DNA of 64,000 nucleotides from Octopus sinensis (Eukaryota). The translations under genes and the position numbers were made by a program. The stretch is from contig NW_021833461.1 of the NCBI RefSeq assembly GCF_006345805.1, positions 9,540-73,539 of the forward strand, given 5' to 3'. The notes below the pieces were generated by a model. The model was not told where the DNA came from and ran no database searches. It worked only from the letters and a program-made list of their open reading frames with translations. How positions within the stretch are numbered: the first letter of the stretch is position 1; each line of letters begins with the position of its first letter. This document shows positions 13,304 through 25,068 of the stretch, one piece after another.

Positions 13304-16037
13304 TTGTGTGTTCATAGAGGTGGCTCCATTAACCACTACTGCCTGGCTCCTATCTTTCAGGAAGTTATACAACCACACTCCAAGTTTTCCAGCTATGCCG
13401 AGGTCACGTAGTTTGTGGCATATCATACCATGATCCACCTTGTCAAAAGCTTTTGCAAAATCAAGGTAGATTACGTCCACATTTGATTTGTTGAGTAACT
13501 ACCTCAACACCCAGTCATAATGCTGTAAGAGCTGGGTCAGCCAGCTCCTACCTGGTCGAAAACCATGCTGGGTATTACTCAGCAAGTTATTTTCCTCAAG
13601 GAATGCGATTAGTTTCTTTCTAACTATCCGTTCCATGACTTTGCTGATGTGTGAAGTCAGAGAGATAGGCCTATAGTTTTTGGCATCTGCTCTACTTCCC
13701 CCTTTTTGTATTGGGCATATTATTCGCAAGAAAGCTCTGGAAGAGAATCTTGAGGGGTTTTGCCAGGGCATGCTTACACACTTTGAGGAGGATGGCTGGG
13801 AAACCGTCTGGACCAGCAGCTGAGTTTGTGTCCACTTCATCTATGGCTAGTAGGACATCTTTTTCGCTGATGTCAATACATTTTATTGTAACCGCCTCGC
13901 TGGTTATAGGTGAGGCGGCAAAGAAGTCCACTAGTTCGTTCACTTGTCTGTGTTCCAACGGGGTAGTAAAGACACTTTTGAACTGGTCATTTAGCATCTC
14001 ACTGATCATAGTTGGACTGTCTGTGAGGGAGCCTTTTGGAGGAGGGGTCCTATCTTGTAGTGCACTGAGACTGTTTCTTTCGCGTAATGAAAGAAGGCCT
14101 TTGGGTTTGATTTAATGTTTTTTATAACCCAGGCTTCTTTGTCTGCTTTCTCCTTCACATAGGATTGTTGCAGCCTTTTTTCGATCTCCATCAGTGTTGT
14201 TTTTAGGCGGGACGTTTCGCTACTTTTGGGATGTTGGTTGAGACGATTTGCAACCTTCGTCCGTCGTCTCATGAGGATCTTCCTGTCTCTTGGAATCTTG
14301 CTCCTATTTGTTTTGGCCTTGTGCTCTGGGACATATTTCTGGCATACGGCTTGCACAGAAGACATGAAACATTCTAGTTTCATGTCAATGTCTGGTGTGG
14401 AGAGACATTCCGGCCAGTCCTCTCTGAGGATCTCTTTTTGGATCGACTTCCAATCTGCTTTGTGGAAGTTCAGATTGGAGAGATTTCGGGTGCTTCCTTT
14501 AGGCTGTATGTCTCTGGTTACTTTCGGCCCAAACATAGACAGCTCTATTATGTTATGATCCGAAACTGATGTCGGTGTCACTTTTACATCATGAATGATG
14601 TCCATATTGTTCGTGAAGCAGAGATCCAGAATGTTATTCGCCTTAGTTGGCTTGAGTACAACTTGCTCCATGAATAAGGCATTGGTGAGGTTGAGCAGGG
14701 ACTCCACCTGTACTTGCTTGCAATGATTCATTCCTGAGAGTATGTGACCTTCGGGCCATTTGACGTTGGGGAAGTTGAAATCACCCATACGAAATATGGT
14801 CACGTGGTGTTCCAGATTCATGAGGATTTCTTTAATTCTTGTGAGGCAATCTTCAAACTTGCCTATGTGATTTGGGGGCAATATGTATTGCATATGACTA
14901 TATTATGTTGTCTTATGTATACAATTAAGGTGTCACATACCGAATTTGAGTATGTCATCAAGACCTGGGGTGTGAGGTCATCTCGGATGTATACAGCAAC
15001 TCCACCATGGCTCCTTTCCCTTCTGTCTGTTCGCAGTATGGCATAGTTTGGTATGTGTACTTCTGTGTCCTCTATATCAAGGTTGAGGTGAGTTTCCACA
15101 AGTGCTATGCATAGGGCTTGATTGCATGCAGTAAGATCTCTCAGGAAAGAAATTTTGTTTCTATTTTGATGCAACATGCCTCCAATATTTAGTAAAAGTA
15201 TTGGGGTGACGGCTGTGCAGGCGTTAGGGGAGGCCATGCTGTGTCTGTTGACTGCGGTGGTCTTGCATAGTGGTGGACAGGGTTCCTTCTCTGAGCTTGG
15301 TGTAGCAAGGTTAGCTGCCGGACAATTCTTTCCGCCATGCATAAAAAAGACTCTTGCTTAGCTGCTGCGTTGCGCAGAACATCTGAGGAGCGCACTTCGT
15401 TTTTGAAAGTTTTCCTGGGAGACATTTCTTGTGTTCCCTCGGTAAAGTTTTTCTCTTTGAGTCCCCTGAAGTTCTGGCGGGGTGTCGGGTGGGCGAACCG
15501 GCAGTTTTTGCCGTCCTCACCATGCCAACATTTGCCTCGCAGGTAGAACTTACAGGTTCTTCGGTGCCTTCCAGATTTCTTTTTCCTGAAGTGTACTGGG
15601 TGGCATTGGATCCTCCATGGGGTTCTCTGCTGTTTGTGTGGTGGGTTGGGGTTTCAGCTTTGGTTGTTTTGCCTTTTCCCTCCTTATTTTTGTTTTCGGT
15701 CCTTCCTTTTTTCTTCTGTTTTTCTAATTTTTCTAATTTTTCATTTCTTCGTAGGACCACTAGTACATAGGGGGCTTCCGGTTTCTGCTCCCTTGGCTCC
15801 CCTATCCTTCACTACTTGGTGGTTCACCGGGGTAGATGATCCATTTTCCTGAGGAACCCCTGGATCACAGAGACTTCCGGCTTCCTTCTCTTTTTCGTCC
15901 TCTTCATCCTCATCAGCCTTGCCACAATAATTTTCAATTATGTTGTCCAGTGTTTTGATGTGTGGTCTTATAATCATGTAAAACCGGATAAACTCATTTT
16001 TCTTCCGCTCTATCTGGTCAATGGTTCTATGAAAACC
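13304..16037 (-). mobile_element. CR1/L2-group LINE, frameshifted: ORF1 remnant, APE endonuclease and partial RT; truncated at both ends by (TA)n
   Basis: APE: LLLNIGG, IALVETHL, GGVAVY, MGDFNFP, NILDLCF, SDHNII. RT: AAGPDGFP, NYRPISLTS, QHGFRPGRS, YLDFAKAFDKVDH. Confidence 0.92.
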
Positions 16038-16155
16038 ATATATATATATATATATATAAGGTTAATCCAAACAAGAAAACAAAAAAGACAACAACGCAAA
16101 GAGGTGGAACAATTAAAGTATTATTAGGCGCTCAGGAAAAAATGGAAGAAGGAGG

Positions 16156-16190
16156 GTATGACGTTTCGAGCGGGGCTCTTCGTCGGAAAC
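16156..16190 (-). ncRNA. Minimal type I hammerhead (Neptune pLTR)
   Basis: Minus strand: GTTT-CCGACGA-A-GAGC ccc GCTC-GAAA-CG-TC-ATAC; weak helix I. Confidence 0.65.
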
Positions 16191-17855
16191 ATAAGAGAAA
16201 GAAAGATCCCGAGGTGGGAGGACAGAGGGAAAAAAACGCGAGTGGTCTTCACGAGGTAAACATACTGAAAGGCAGGAAGTCGTAGACGAGAGGGGACAGG
16301 TTTTCAAAGACAGGAGAGCGGAAAAAGAAGGAAGGTAAAAACACAATGAGTGAGAAGAAGAGGGTGTGTATGTATATATATGTAAGGCGACGGCTAGTGG
16401 CGAGCAGCGGTCGTAACGGTGTGCGAGATGACAAGTGTGTGTTTATTAGTGCGTGCGTCTGTGTGTAAGTGTGTGTGCGTTGGGCGAAGGCTAGTGGACG
16501 TAGCAGTCACAGGTCAGTAGTAAAAGGAGGAAGAAGGGGAATGTGTGTGTGCGTATGTACGTGCCGTGTGTGTGTTTTGTTGTAGTATGTGTGTGTACGT
16601 GTGCGATTTGTTGTGTGTATGGCGAGTAACTTTGCTTAACAGAGTGTATATGTAGATGTGTGTGTGCTTATATGTGCGTATATGTATACTTGTGTGCATG
16701 TATGTATGTGTGCGTGCGCGTGTGTGCGCGTGTTTAGGTGTGCGTATGTATGTGTGTGTCTGTGTTTATATGTGTGTACGTATGTGTATGTGTGCGTGCG
16801 CGTGGAGGTATATGTTGGGTGTGTGTATGTGCCGGTGTGCATGTGAATTTGTGTGTGTTTGTACGTGTGTAAGTGTGTGTGCGTGTATTGTATATATATA
16901 TGTAAATGTGTGTGTGTGAGTGCGTGGGAGTGAATGTATGTATGTGTGTGCGTGTGTGTACAAAAAGTAGGGGTATTATATGTGTGTGTATATATATGCA
17001 TGCAAGGAAACAATTTGCAACTGACGGAATGATGGAAAAATGCTCCCGCGGTGACAGGCGTAAGAGAAACCCAAGAACACGCTGGCCCCAGATACGAACC
17101 CGAGATTTAGCCAGAACCCACAGGCGTGGTGCAAGCATGTATGTATGCGTGCGCGTGCGCGCACATGCAAGTCTGTGCGCGTGCATGCGAGTGTGTGTGT
17201 AAGTATGTGTGTGTGTGGATGTGTGAGTGTGTATGTGTGTATGTCTGTGTGTATGTCTGTGTGTATGTGTATCCGATTGAATGTAAGTATGTGTGTGTAT
17301 ATGTGTGTGTGTATAGGTGCATGTCTGTATGTATGTGTGTGTATGCGTGTGAGTGTGTATGTATGTATGTGTGTATGTGTGGAAGTGTGTGTATGTGCAT
17401 GTGTGTGCGCGTGCATGCGAGTGTGTGTGTAAGTGTGTGTGTGTATGTATGCGTGAGTGTGTATGTGTGTATGTCTGTGTGTATATGTGTCCGTATGAGT
17501 GTATGTAAGTATGTGTGTGTGTATGTGTGTATGTGTATGAGTGTATGTATGTATGTGTGTGTGTATGTGTGTATGTGTGGAAGTATGTGTGTGTATGTAT
17601 GTATGTATATGTGTGTGTATGTATGTATGTGTACGTGCGTGTGTGTGTGTATGCATGTATGCGTACATGCGTGTAGGTGTATGCGAGTGCATGCATGCAT
17701 GTATGTGCGTATGTATGTTTATGTGCATGTGTGTAGGTATATATGTATGTGCGTATATGTGTGTGTGTGTATGCATGCGTGTGTATGTAGGTGTGTAGGC
17801 GTGTGTGTATAGGTGTATGTGTGTATGTATGTATGGGTGTGTGTCTGTGTATGTT

Positions 17856-17886
<31 letters not shown>

Positions 17887-19524
17887 ATGAGTGAAGGTAT
17901 GAATGTATGTGTGTGTGTGTACATATGTAATGTATGTATGTATGCGTGTGTGTGCGTATGTATGCGTGTGTGTGTGTATGTGTGCGTGTGCGTGTATATG
18001 TTGGTGTGTGCGTATGTGAGTGTGAGTGTATGGGTGTATGTCATGCATGTGTGTGCGCGTGCAGGCGAGTGTGTGTGTAAGTATGTGTGTGTGTAGGTAT
18101 GTGTGAGTGTGTATGTGTGTATGTCTGTGTGTATGCGTGTGCGTATGAGAGTATGTAATTATGTGTGTGTGTATATGTGTATGTGTATGGGTGTATGTAT
18201 GTATGTATGTGTGTGTGAATGTGTGTAAGTATATGTGTGTGTGCGTATATGTGTGTGTATGTGTGTGTATGTATGTGTGTATGTATGTGTGTAGGCGTGT
18301 GTGTATAGGTGTATGTGTGTATGTATGTATGGGTGTGTGTCTGTGTATGTTTGTGTGTGTGTGTATGTATGTATGTATGAGTGAAGGTATGAATGTATGT
18401 AAGTGTGTGTGTGTATGAATGTATGTAAGTGTGTGTGTGTACGTATGTAATGTATGCATGTATGCGTGTGTGTGTGTGTATGTATGCGTGTGCGTGTAGG
18501 TGCGTATGTATGTATGTGGGAGTGTAGGTGTGTGTGTGTGTGTGTATGTGTGCGTGTGCGTGTATATGTGTGTGTATGTGTGTGAGTGTGAGTGTATGTG
18601 TGTATGTCTGTGTGTATGTATGTCTTAAGTATGTATGTGTGTGTATGTATGTATGTGTGTGTATGTGTATGTGTGTGGGTATGTGTGTGTATGTGTGTGT
18701 ATGTATGTGTGTAAGTGTGTGTAAGTGTATGTATGTAGGTATGTAGGTGTGCGCACAGGCATACATGCATGTGTGTGTATGTATGTATACATACGCACGC
18801 ACGCACACGAAGCACGCTCACACACACAACACACAAACAATACAACGCACGCATATGGAGCCGACCCCACCCGAGGCCCGTGCCAAGGCGCGCGCGCGCA
18901 GACCCCCGAACACCCACACCACGAGAACCGAAGATCCATCAACCCAAGAACCCGAAAGAAGGGGGGTGCGCCAGGATGCAATTATATGTATGTGTGTGTG
19001 CATTCGTGTAAACGTGTGCGTGTGTAGGTATGTATGTATGTATGTGTGTGTGCATACGTGTATGTGTGCATGTGTGTGTGTGTGTATGTAAGTATGTGTG
19101 TAAAGTATGTATGTACAATGTGTGTGTGTGTGTATGTGTGTATGTATGTGCGTATGTATGTGTGTATGTATGTATGTATGTATGTATTTATGTATGTGTG
19201 TATGTGTGTGTGTAAGTGTGTATGTGTGTGTGTATGTGTGTATGTATGTATGTATGTGTGTATGTATGTGCATGTTTGTTTGTTTGTTTGTGTGTGTATG
19301 TATGTATATATGTATGTGTGATTAAATGTGTGAATGTATGTACGTAGATGTGTATACGTATGTGTGTGTGTGTGTGTGAACGGGCGTGTGTGTGTGCGCG
19401 TGGGTATGTAAGGTGTGGAAGAATGTGTGCGTACAAGTGAGTGAGTAGGTTGTGTGTGGGTGGTGTGTTGGAGGTAGGTGTGTAGGAGGTAGGTATGTGG
19501 GGGTATTTTTTCGAAAAAAAAAAC

Positions 19525-21190
19525 CTAAGAGGAGGGGGCTGTGTTGAGTTCGTGTGGGGTAGTGGTTTGTAGGGTGAAGATTTAGCGTTGCTCCAAGTGG
19601 AGCCTAGATAGTGGACGACCATTGTGTGGGGGGAGACCAAACACTGAGATGTCATCTGGGGAATGGCTGGCCGAGCGGAAGTGGCGTGCGACGGGAGAAA
19701 AAGAGTGTAGGCGAACGTCCCTCAGATGTTCTGCGAATAGGTCAGACAACCGGCGTCCCGTCTGTCCTACATACCGCATCCCGCATAGGTTGCATTTAAT
19801 GCAGTATATGAGGCCAGACGAGGTGCACGTAAAAGAGTGTCTAATACGTACAGTTCGCCGGTTGGAGCCGGTGACAGCAGTGGTGTTGGTGATGAAGGGG
19901 CAGGTGTTGCAACGGGATCTAGAGCACGGGAAAGATCCGTGTGGGGCTGAGGGGGAAGGAGAGAGGGTGCTGTGGACCAGGAGGTCGCGTAGATTCTGGG
20001 CTCGTTTGAAGGAGGACAGGGGTGGGTTGGGGAAAATGGGGCGGGTTGTGGGATCGAGCTGGAGGCGACGGAAAAGGAGGGGGAAGGGTGTGCGGTTGGG
20101 GGGGTGAGAGGAAGGTGGTGCGGTCGATGCGACGGGCGCGGGCGAAGGCATTTGAGATGAGTATAGGTGGGTAACCTCGGAGTCTTAACAGGCGGGCCAG
20201 GTATTGAGATTGGGTCTCGAAAACCTGGTCGCGGCTGCACAAGCGTCGGTGGCGGAGGAACTGGGAGTAGGGGATGGCTCGTTTGGTGTGGAAGGGGTGG
20301 GAGGAGGAGAAGTTGGGATAGAGGTGGGAATCCGTGGGTTTAAAGAAGGCGGTGGTGGTGAGAGAGTGGGAGGGGTGGTCGATTCGGAGAGAGATGTCAA
20401 GGAAGTTGACAGAGGTGTTGGAGATGGTTGAGGTGAATTGTAGGGAGGGGTGAAAGTTGGAAAGGAAAGAGATGAATTGGCAGAGAATTTCACGGGAAAG
20501 GGAGGTGGCACCTATGCAGTCGTCTATATAGCGACCGTACAGTTCAGGGGTCGGCCTGGAGAATTGGGAGAATACTTGGGCCTCAATGTAGCCAAGAAAG
20601 AGATTAGCGAAATTGGGGCCCATTCTAGTTCCCATCGCGACCCCGGACATCTGTTGGTACGTTTCCCCGGCGAACGTGAAACAGTTGAGGGTTAGAACGA
20701 GCTCTGCCAGGCGGAGAAGTGTGGGGGTGCTGGGGGTGGGGTCGGGACGACGGTCGAGGAAGTGTTGGAGGGCTAGGAGACCGTCATTGTGGGGAATCAC
20801 TGGGTACAGGGATTTTACATCTAAAGTGAAGAGGAGGTGTGAGGGGCTGGAAGGGAAGGAAAAGGAATTGAAGAGACGGAGGGCGTGGTTGGTGTCGTGT
20901 ATGTGGGATGGGAGGGCTGCGACTAAGGGGGACAGGATGCGGTCGAAGTATAGGGAAATGTGTTCAGTGGGGCAATTACAGGCAGAGACTATGGGACGGC
21001 CAGGATTATTGGGTTTATGGATCTTGGGAAGGAAATAGATGGTGGAGGTGCGGGGTGTGCGGACGATGAGGTTGGTGGCGGTGGGGGGGAGAGCAGTAGA
21101 GGAGATGAGGTCGTGGATGGTGGAGGACACTCGCTGTTGGTAGGAGGAGGTGGGATCGGAGGGAAGGAGGCGATAGAAGAGGGGATTTTG
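19525..21190 (-). pseudogene. Penelope-like RT + GIY-YIG endonuclease (Neptune-type), frameshifted
   Basis: FLPKIHK..PGRPIVS, TLDVKSLY, GVAMGTRMGPNFANLF, YGRYIDD; Cys linker PCSRSRCNTC; IYCIKCNLCGMRYVGQTGRRLS..EH. Confidence 0.93.
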
Positions 21191-21225
21191 AAATACATAT
21201 ATATATATATATATTTATATATACA

Positions 21226-21616
21226 TAGAGAGACTTAGTAATTTTAATATTTCTATTATTGAAAACAAGTGGATGTATTCCACCGAAGCTAGGTAAATAA
21301 AACCTTCGAACAGAGATTGTCAGAAGCGACACCTACTGGTCTGGCTACGCTGCATTGAAAAGGGGCAATACCCCGAAACGCGTCTGTAGCTGCCGGTCAA
21401 GTAGTGTGGAGCGACTGACCTCCCTTGTTCGAAGGTTATATGGATACAGTTTGTGTATCAAATAGCTAACTTAAGGCGATGGCCTCATGGAGCTAATAAG
21501 CGGACAGCTTTATTCTTATTTTTATAAGAATGCCATATTAGTATGGCGATAACTATTATTTTCCGGGAACGCTGCCGTTGTTCTCTTTTAGAGAGACTTA
21601 GTAATTTTAATATTTC

Positions 21617-21621
<5 letters not shown>
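21226..21621 (+). mobile_element. Family A HHR element: one ~363-bp unit plus ~33-bp terminal redundancy
   Basis: agagagacttagtaattttaatatttctattat at both ends; (TA)n flanks. Confidence 0.88.
21349..21390 (+). ncRNA. Type I hammerhead (family A)
   Basis: Identical to 13019-13060. Confidence 0.85.
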
Positions 21622-21659
<38 letters not shown>

Positions 21660-21749
21660 TATATTTATATATACATATATATATATTTATATATATATAT
21701 ATTTATATATATAATATATACATATATATATATATTATACATATATATA

Positions 21750-21796
<47 letters not shown>

Positions 21797-21847
21797 ATTA
21801 TACATATATATATATTTATATATATATATTATATATATATATATATA

Positions 21848-22449
21848 TAAGAAATATTGAGTTTCTAAATCTCTCGTAGAGAGGTGTACGGTGGTGGAGC
21901 GATATAATGGTTGTATACTGTCAATCTAACAACAACGTGACAGTAGGGGGTACACCACCGTTATATAGCCCTAGGAGGCATCGAACGCCTCCTGACAGCT
22001 TCGACACATTTTATCCTGTGTCCTTATATACACATACGAAGGGGAGACAAACACCCCCAACTGCCGGAACTGCATCTAGGGACACCGTGTTTAAGGATCA
22101 TTGTCCTTCATCGGCCTAGAATAGCAGACACCGGTCAGCCGGCGATATCTGTCTCGACTTCGTATCTGTATATATCTATAGTCAGTGAAGTCTATTCACT
22201 GATTATCAAAATAAGAAATATTGAGTTTCTAAATCTCTCGTAGAGAGGTGTACGGTGGTGGAGCGATATAATGGTTGTATACTGTCAATCTAACAAGAAC
22301 GTGACAGTAGGGAGTACACCACCGTTATATAGCCCTAGGAGGCCTCGAACGCCTCCTGACAGCTTCGACACATTTTATCCTGTGTCCTTATATACACATA
22401 CGAAGGGGAGACAACACCCCCAACTGCCGGAACTGCATCTAGGAACTGC

Positions 22450-22450
<1 letters not shown>
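21848..22450 (-). mobile_element. Family B HHR element: 1.6 tandem units of 364 bp in (TA)n
   Basis: aagaaatattgag starts at 21849 and 22213. Confidence 0.88.
22075..22120 (-). ncRNA. Type I hammerhead (family B; U4C and G12U changes)
   Basis: Minus strand: TCTAGG-CCGATGA-AGGA caatga TCCT-TAAA-CAC g GTG-TC-CCTAGA. Confidence 0.75.
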
Positions 22451-22516
<66 letters not shown>

Positions 22517-22537
22517 ATATATATATATGTATTATAA

Positions 22538-23150
22538 ATAGATGTGTGTATTTTTACCTTGTTAACAATTAGCACGGAAAAATAAATAAATAAATAGTTA
22601 CCAGGGCAGCAAAAATCTCACAAGTAAAGGTGTTGTAACTCCTTGTTTATAAAGGTAGAAACTTTGTGTTTACGTTGAATATTTTGAATAATATGAATAA
22701 AAAATGGAGTTAACGCAGGTGTAAACAAGTATTTTTACTTTCGACACATGTTTCGAAAATTCCACTGGTACTATTCAAAAGAATAAATGGTATAAACAAT
22801 GCAATCTACTCATCGGGAAAGTGAAAAAAACCAAACTCGTCAACACGACATTTTAGCAAAAAATGATGGATTTGTATAGCGATAGACAGAACGCTATTAA
22901 TATTGTTTAAAAAAACGTTATATGATATAACGTCATAAGTAGCTAACAGAAAGAGTAGGGATATTAATAGTGAATGTTAAATATAAAGGAAATTAAAGTT
23001 TAAATTATATATAATGATAGAGGCTACTTATATGCACTAAATGTATGTTTTTGCCAATGCTTACATCTGTATGCTCGCTCAATAACCGTGTTTACTAGAG
23101 TATTTTTAGAAAAAATAATGAAAAATAGCTCAGAGTTGCAGAGAAGACAG
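22538..23150 (-). mobile_element. Family C AT-rich HHR element / solo pLTR in (TA)n
   Basis: Non-repetitive block between TA tracts containing an HHR. Confidence 0.65.
22737..22822 (-). ncRNA. Type I hammerhead with long helix II region (family C)
   Basis: Minus strand: ACTTTC-CCGATGA-G..(~55 nt)..C-GAAA-CATGTG-TC-GAAAGT. Confidence 0.75.
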
Positions 23151-23182
23151 ATATATATATATGTATATATATATATGTATAT

Positions 23183-23230
<48 letters not shown>

Positions 23231-23250
23231 GTATATATAATATGTATATG

Positions 23251-23298
<48 letters not shown>

Positions 23299-23370
23299 GT
23301 ATATGTATTATAATATATATATATGTATATATATTGTATTATATATATATATGTATCTATATATGTGTTG

Positions 23371-23403
<33 letters not shown>

Positions 23404-23404
23404 G

Positions 23405-23442
<38 letters not shown>

Positions 23443-23443
23443 G

Positions 23444-23476
<33 letters not shown>

Positions 23477-23634
23477 GTATATATATATGTATGTTATATT
23501 ATATGTATATATATATTGTTATATTTCGGAATGGTCATTTTGCCAGTTTAGCCAATAAAAGCACACGCACTATATATTTGGTGTTACTTTGCTTCAGTGT
23601 TATTTATTTTTTACATTAATCTTAATCTTATTTC

Positions 23635-23679
23635 GGCCAGAGTTCTTTCGTCACACTCCTATGACCGCATCAGTGGTCC
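23635..23679 (-). ncRNA. Hammerhead variant in the inverted pLTR
   Basis: Reverse complement of 27533-27577 (one substitution). Confidence 0.65.
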
Positions 23680-24281
23680 TTTGTTTTCTTCTCACTTATT
23701 TGTGTCTCTCCTTACTAACCGTCAGCCATTTTGTATTTCTATTGTATGTCTTCATTTGCGCATGCTTATATCTCTATGTGCGTTTATGTTTATTTAGTGT
23801 GTGTATGTGGGGGATACCTATAATATTTGTATCTTCTGTTTATATATGTTCATGTAATTTGTATTTTGCAGTTTGTTTTTTGTTTTTTGTTTTTGTTTTT
23901 GTTTTTGTTTATTCTTATTTTGTTCATGTGTTTACATCCACCCATTATTATCATTACATATGCTTGTATGTATGTATGTATGTATGTATAACAACAATAC
24001 TAGTAATAATAATAATAAATTGAATCGAAAATATATATATATATATATTATATATATATATACACATATATATATACATATACACACACATATATATATA
24101 TAGTTATTTATTCATTTATCTGTGTATTTATTGTTTTCAGGATCCTCTATCGTCATATGTTGTGGTGTGTGTTAGTGCTCCATTCTAGTTTTCTCTATAT
24201 GTATATGTATATATATATGTACATATATATGTATATATATGTATATATATATATGTATATATATATATGTATATATATATG

Positions 24282-24313
<32 letters not shown>

Positions 24314-24386
24314 AAATAAATAAATAAATGACTATATATATATATGTGTGTATATGTATATGTATATATATATATATATGTATATA

Positions 24387-24955
24387 TTGTCATCAAAAAA
24401 GGGGGTAGAATTAATTAATTGTTAATAAATTCGACCAAGCAGTATTCGGTATGTAAAGACCATTTACGGTAATTTGAAGTATTATTTATAAAAATATGGT
24501 AAAGTATAAAAATTCACTTTACCACACACCGAACTTTTCAGAAATAGCAGCCAAAGATTTGGCTATTTCTTCAACTGCAAATAAAAGTCTCCAGACAATG
24601 CATACTCAAAATAACTCACATAGGTATAAGGGAAAAACAATGAAAGATCACATCCATATACGATACCCGAGGACAGTCTGTTTCTGGATTTGTGGGTAAA
24701 ACGCCACTTTTCCTTCATCAGCTCAGAGATTTCTTCTGATTTAGATTTGAAAATACTAAGAATCAAACATACCCGTCCGATATCTGTAACAACGGACAAA
24801 CCATGCCAGACACCCAGTACTAGCGAATCCAAGGCATTGTCTGGAGACTTTTATTTGCAGTTGAAGAAATAGCCAAATCTTTGGCTGCTATTTCTGAAAA
24901 GTTCGGTGTGTGGTAAAGTGAATTTTTTTACTTTACCATATTTTTATAAATTAAT
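24387..24955. mobile_element. Family E HHR element with inverted arm, nested in the (TA)n of the PLE pLTR
   Basis: 24834-24950 is the reverse complement of ~24486-24601; host pLTR sequence resumes on both sides. Confidence 0.85.
24667..24726 (-). ncRNA. Type I hammerhead, canonical core (family E)
   Basis: Minus strand: CTGAG-CTGATGA-A-GGA aaa GTGG..CCAC aaa TCC-A-GAAA-CAG a CTG-TC-CTCGG. Confidence 0.85.
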
Positions 24956-25068
24956 ATATATGTATATATATATTTTTTTTTTCGATTCAATTTATTATTA
25001 TTATTACTAGTATTGTTGTTATACGTACATACATACATACATACAAGCATATGTAATGATAATAATGG

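Larger units (their letters stand above)
16058..21190 (-). mobile_element. 5'-truncated Neptune-type Penelope-like element with ~3.4-kb CA-rich 3' region/pLTR
   Basis: RT+GIY-YIG at 19525-21190, followed on the same strand by the CA-rich field and HHR terminus; flanked by (TA)n. Confidence 0.8.
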
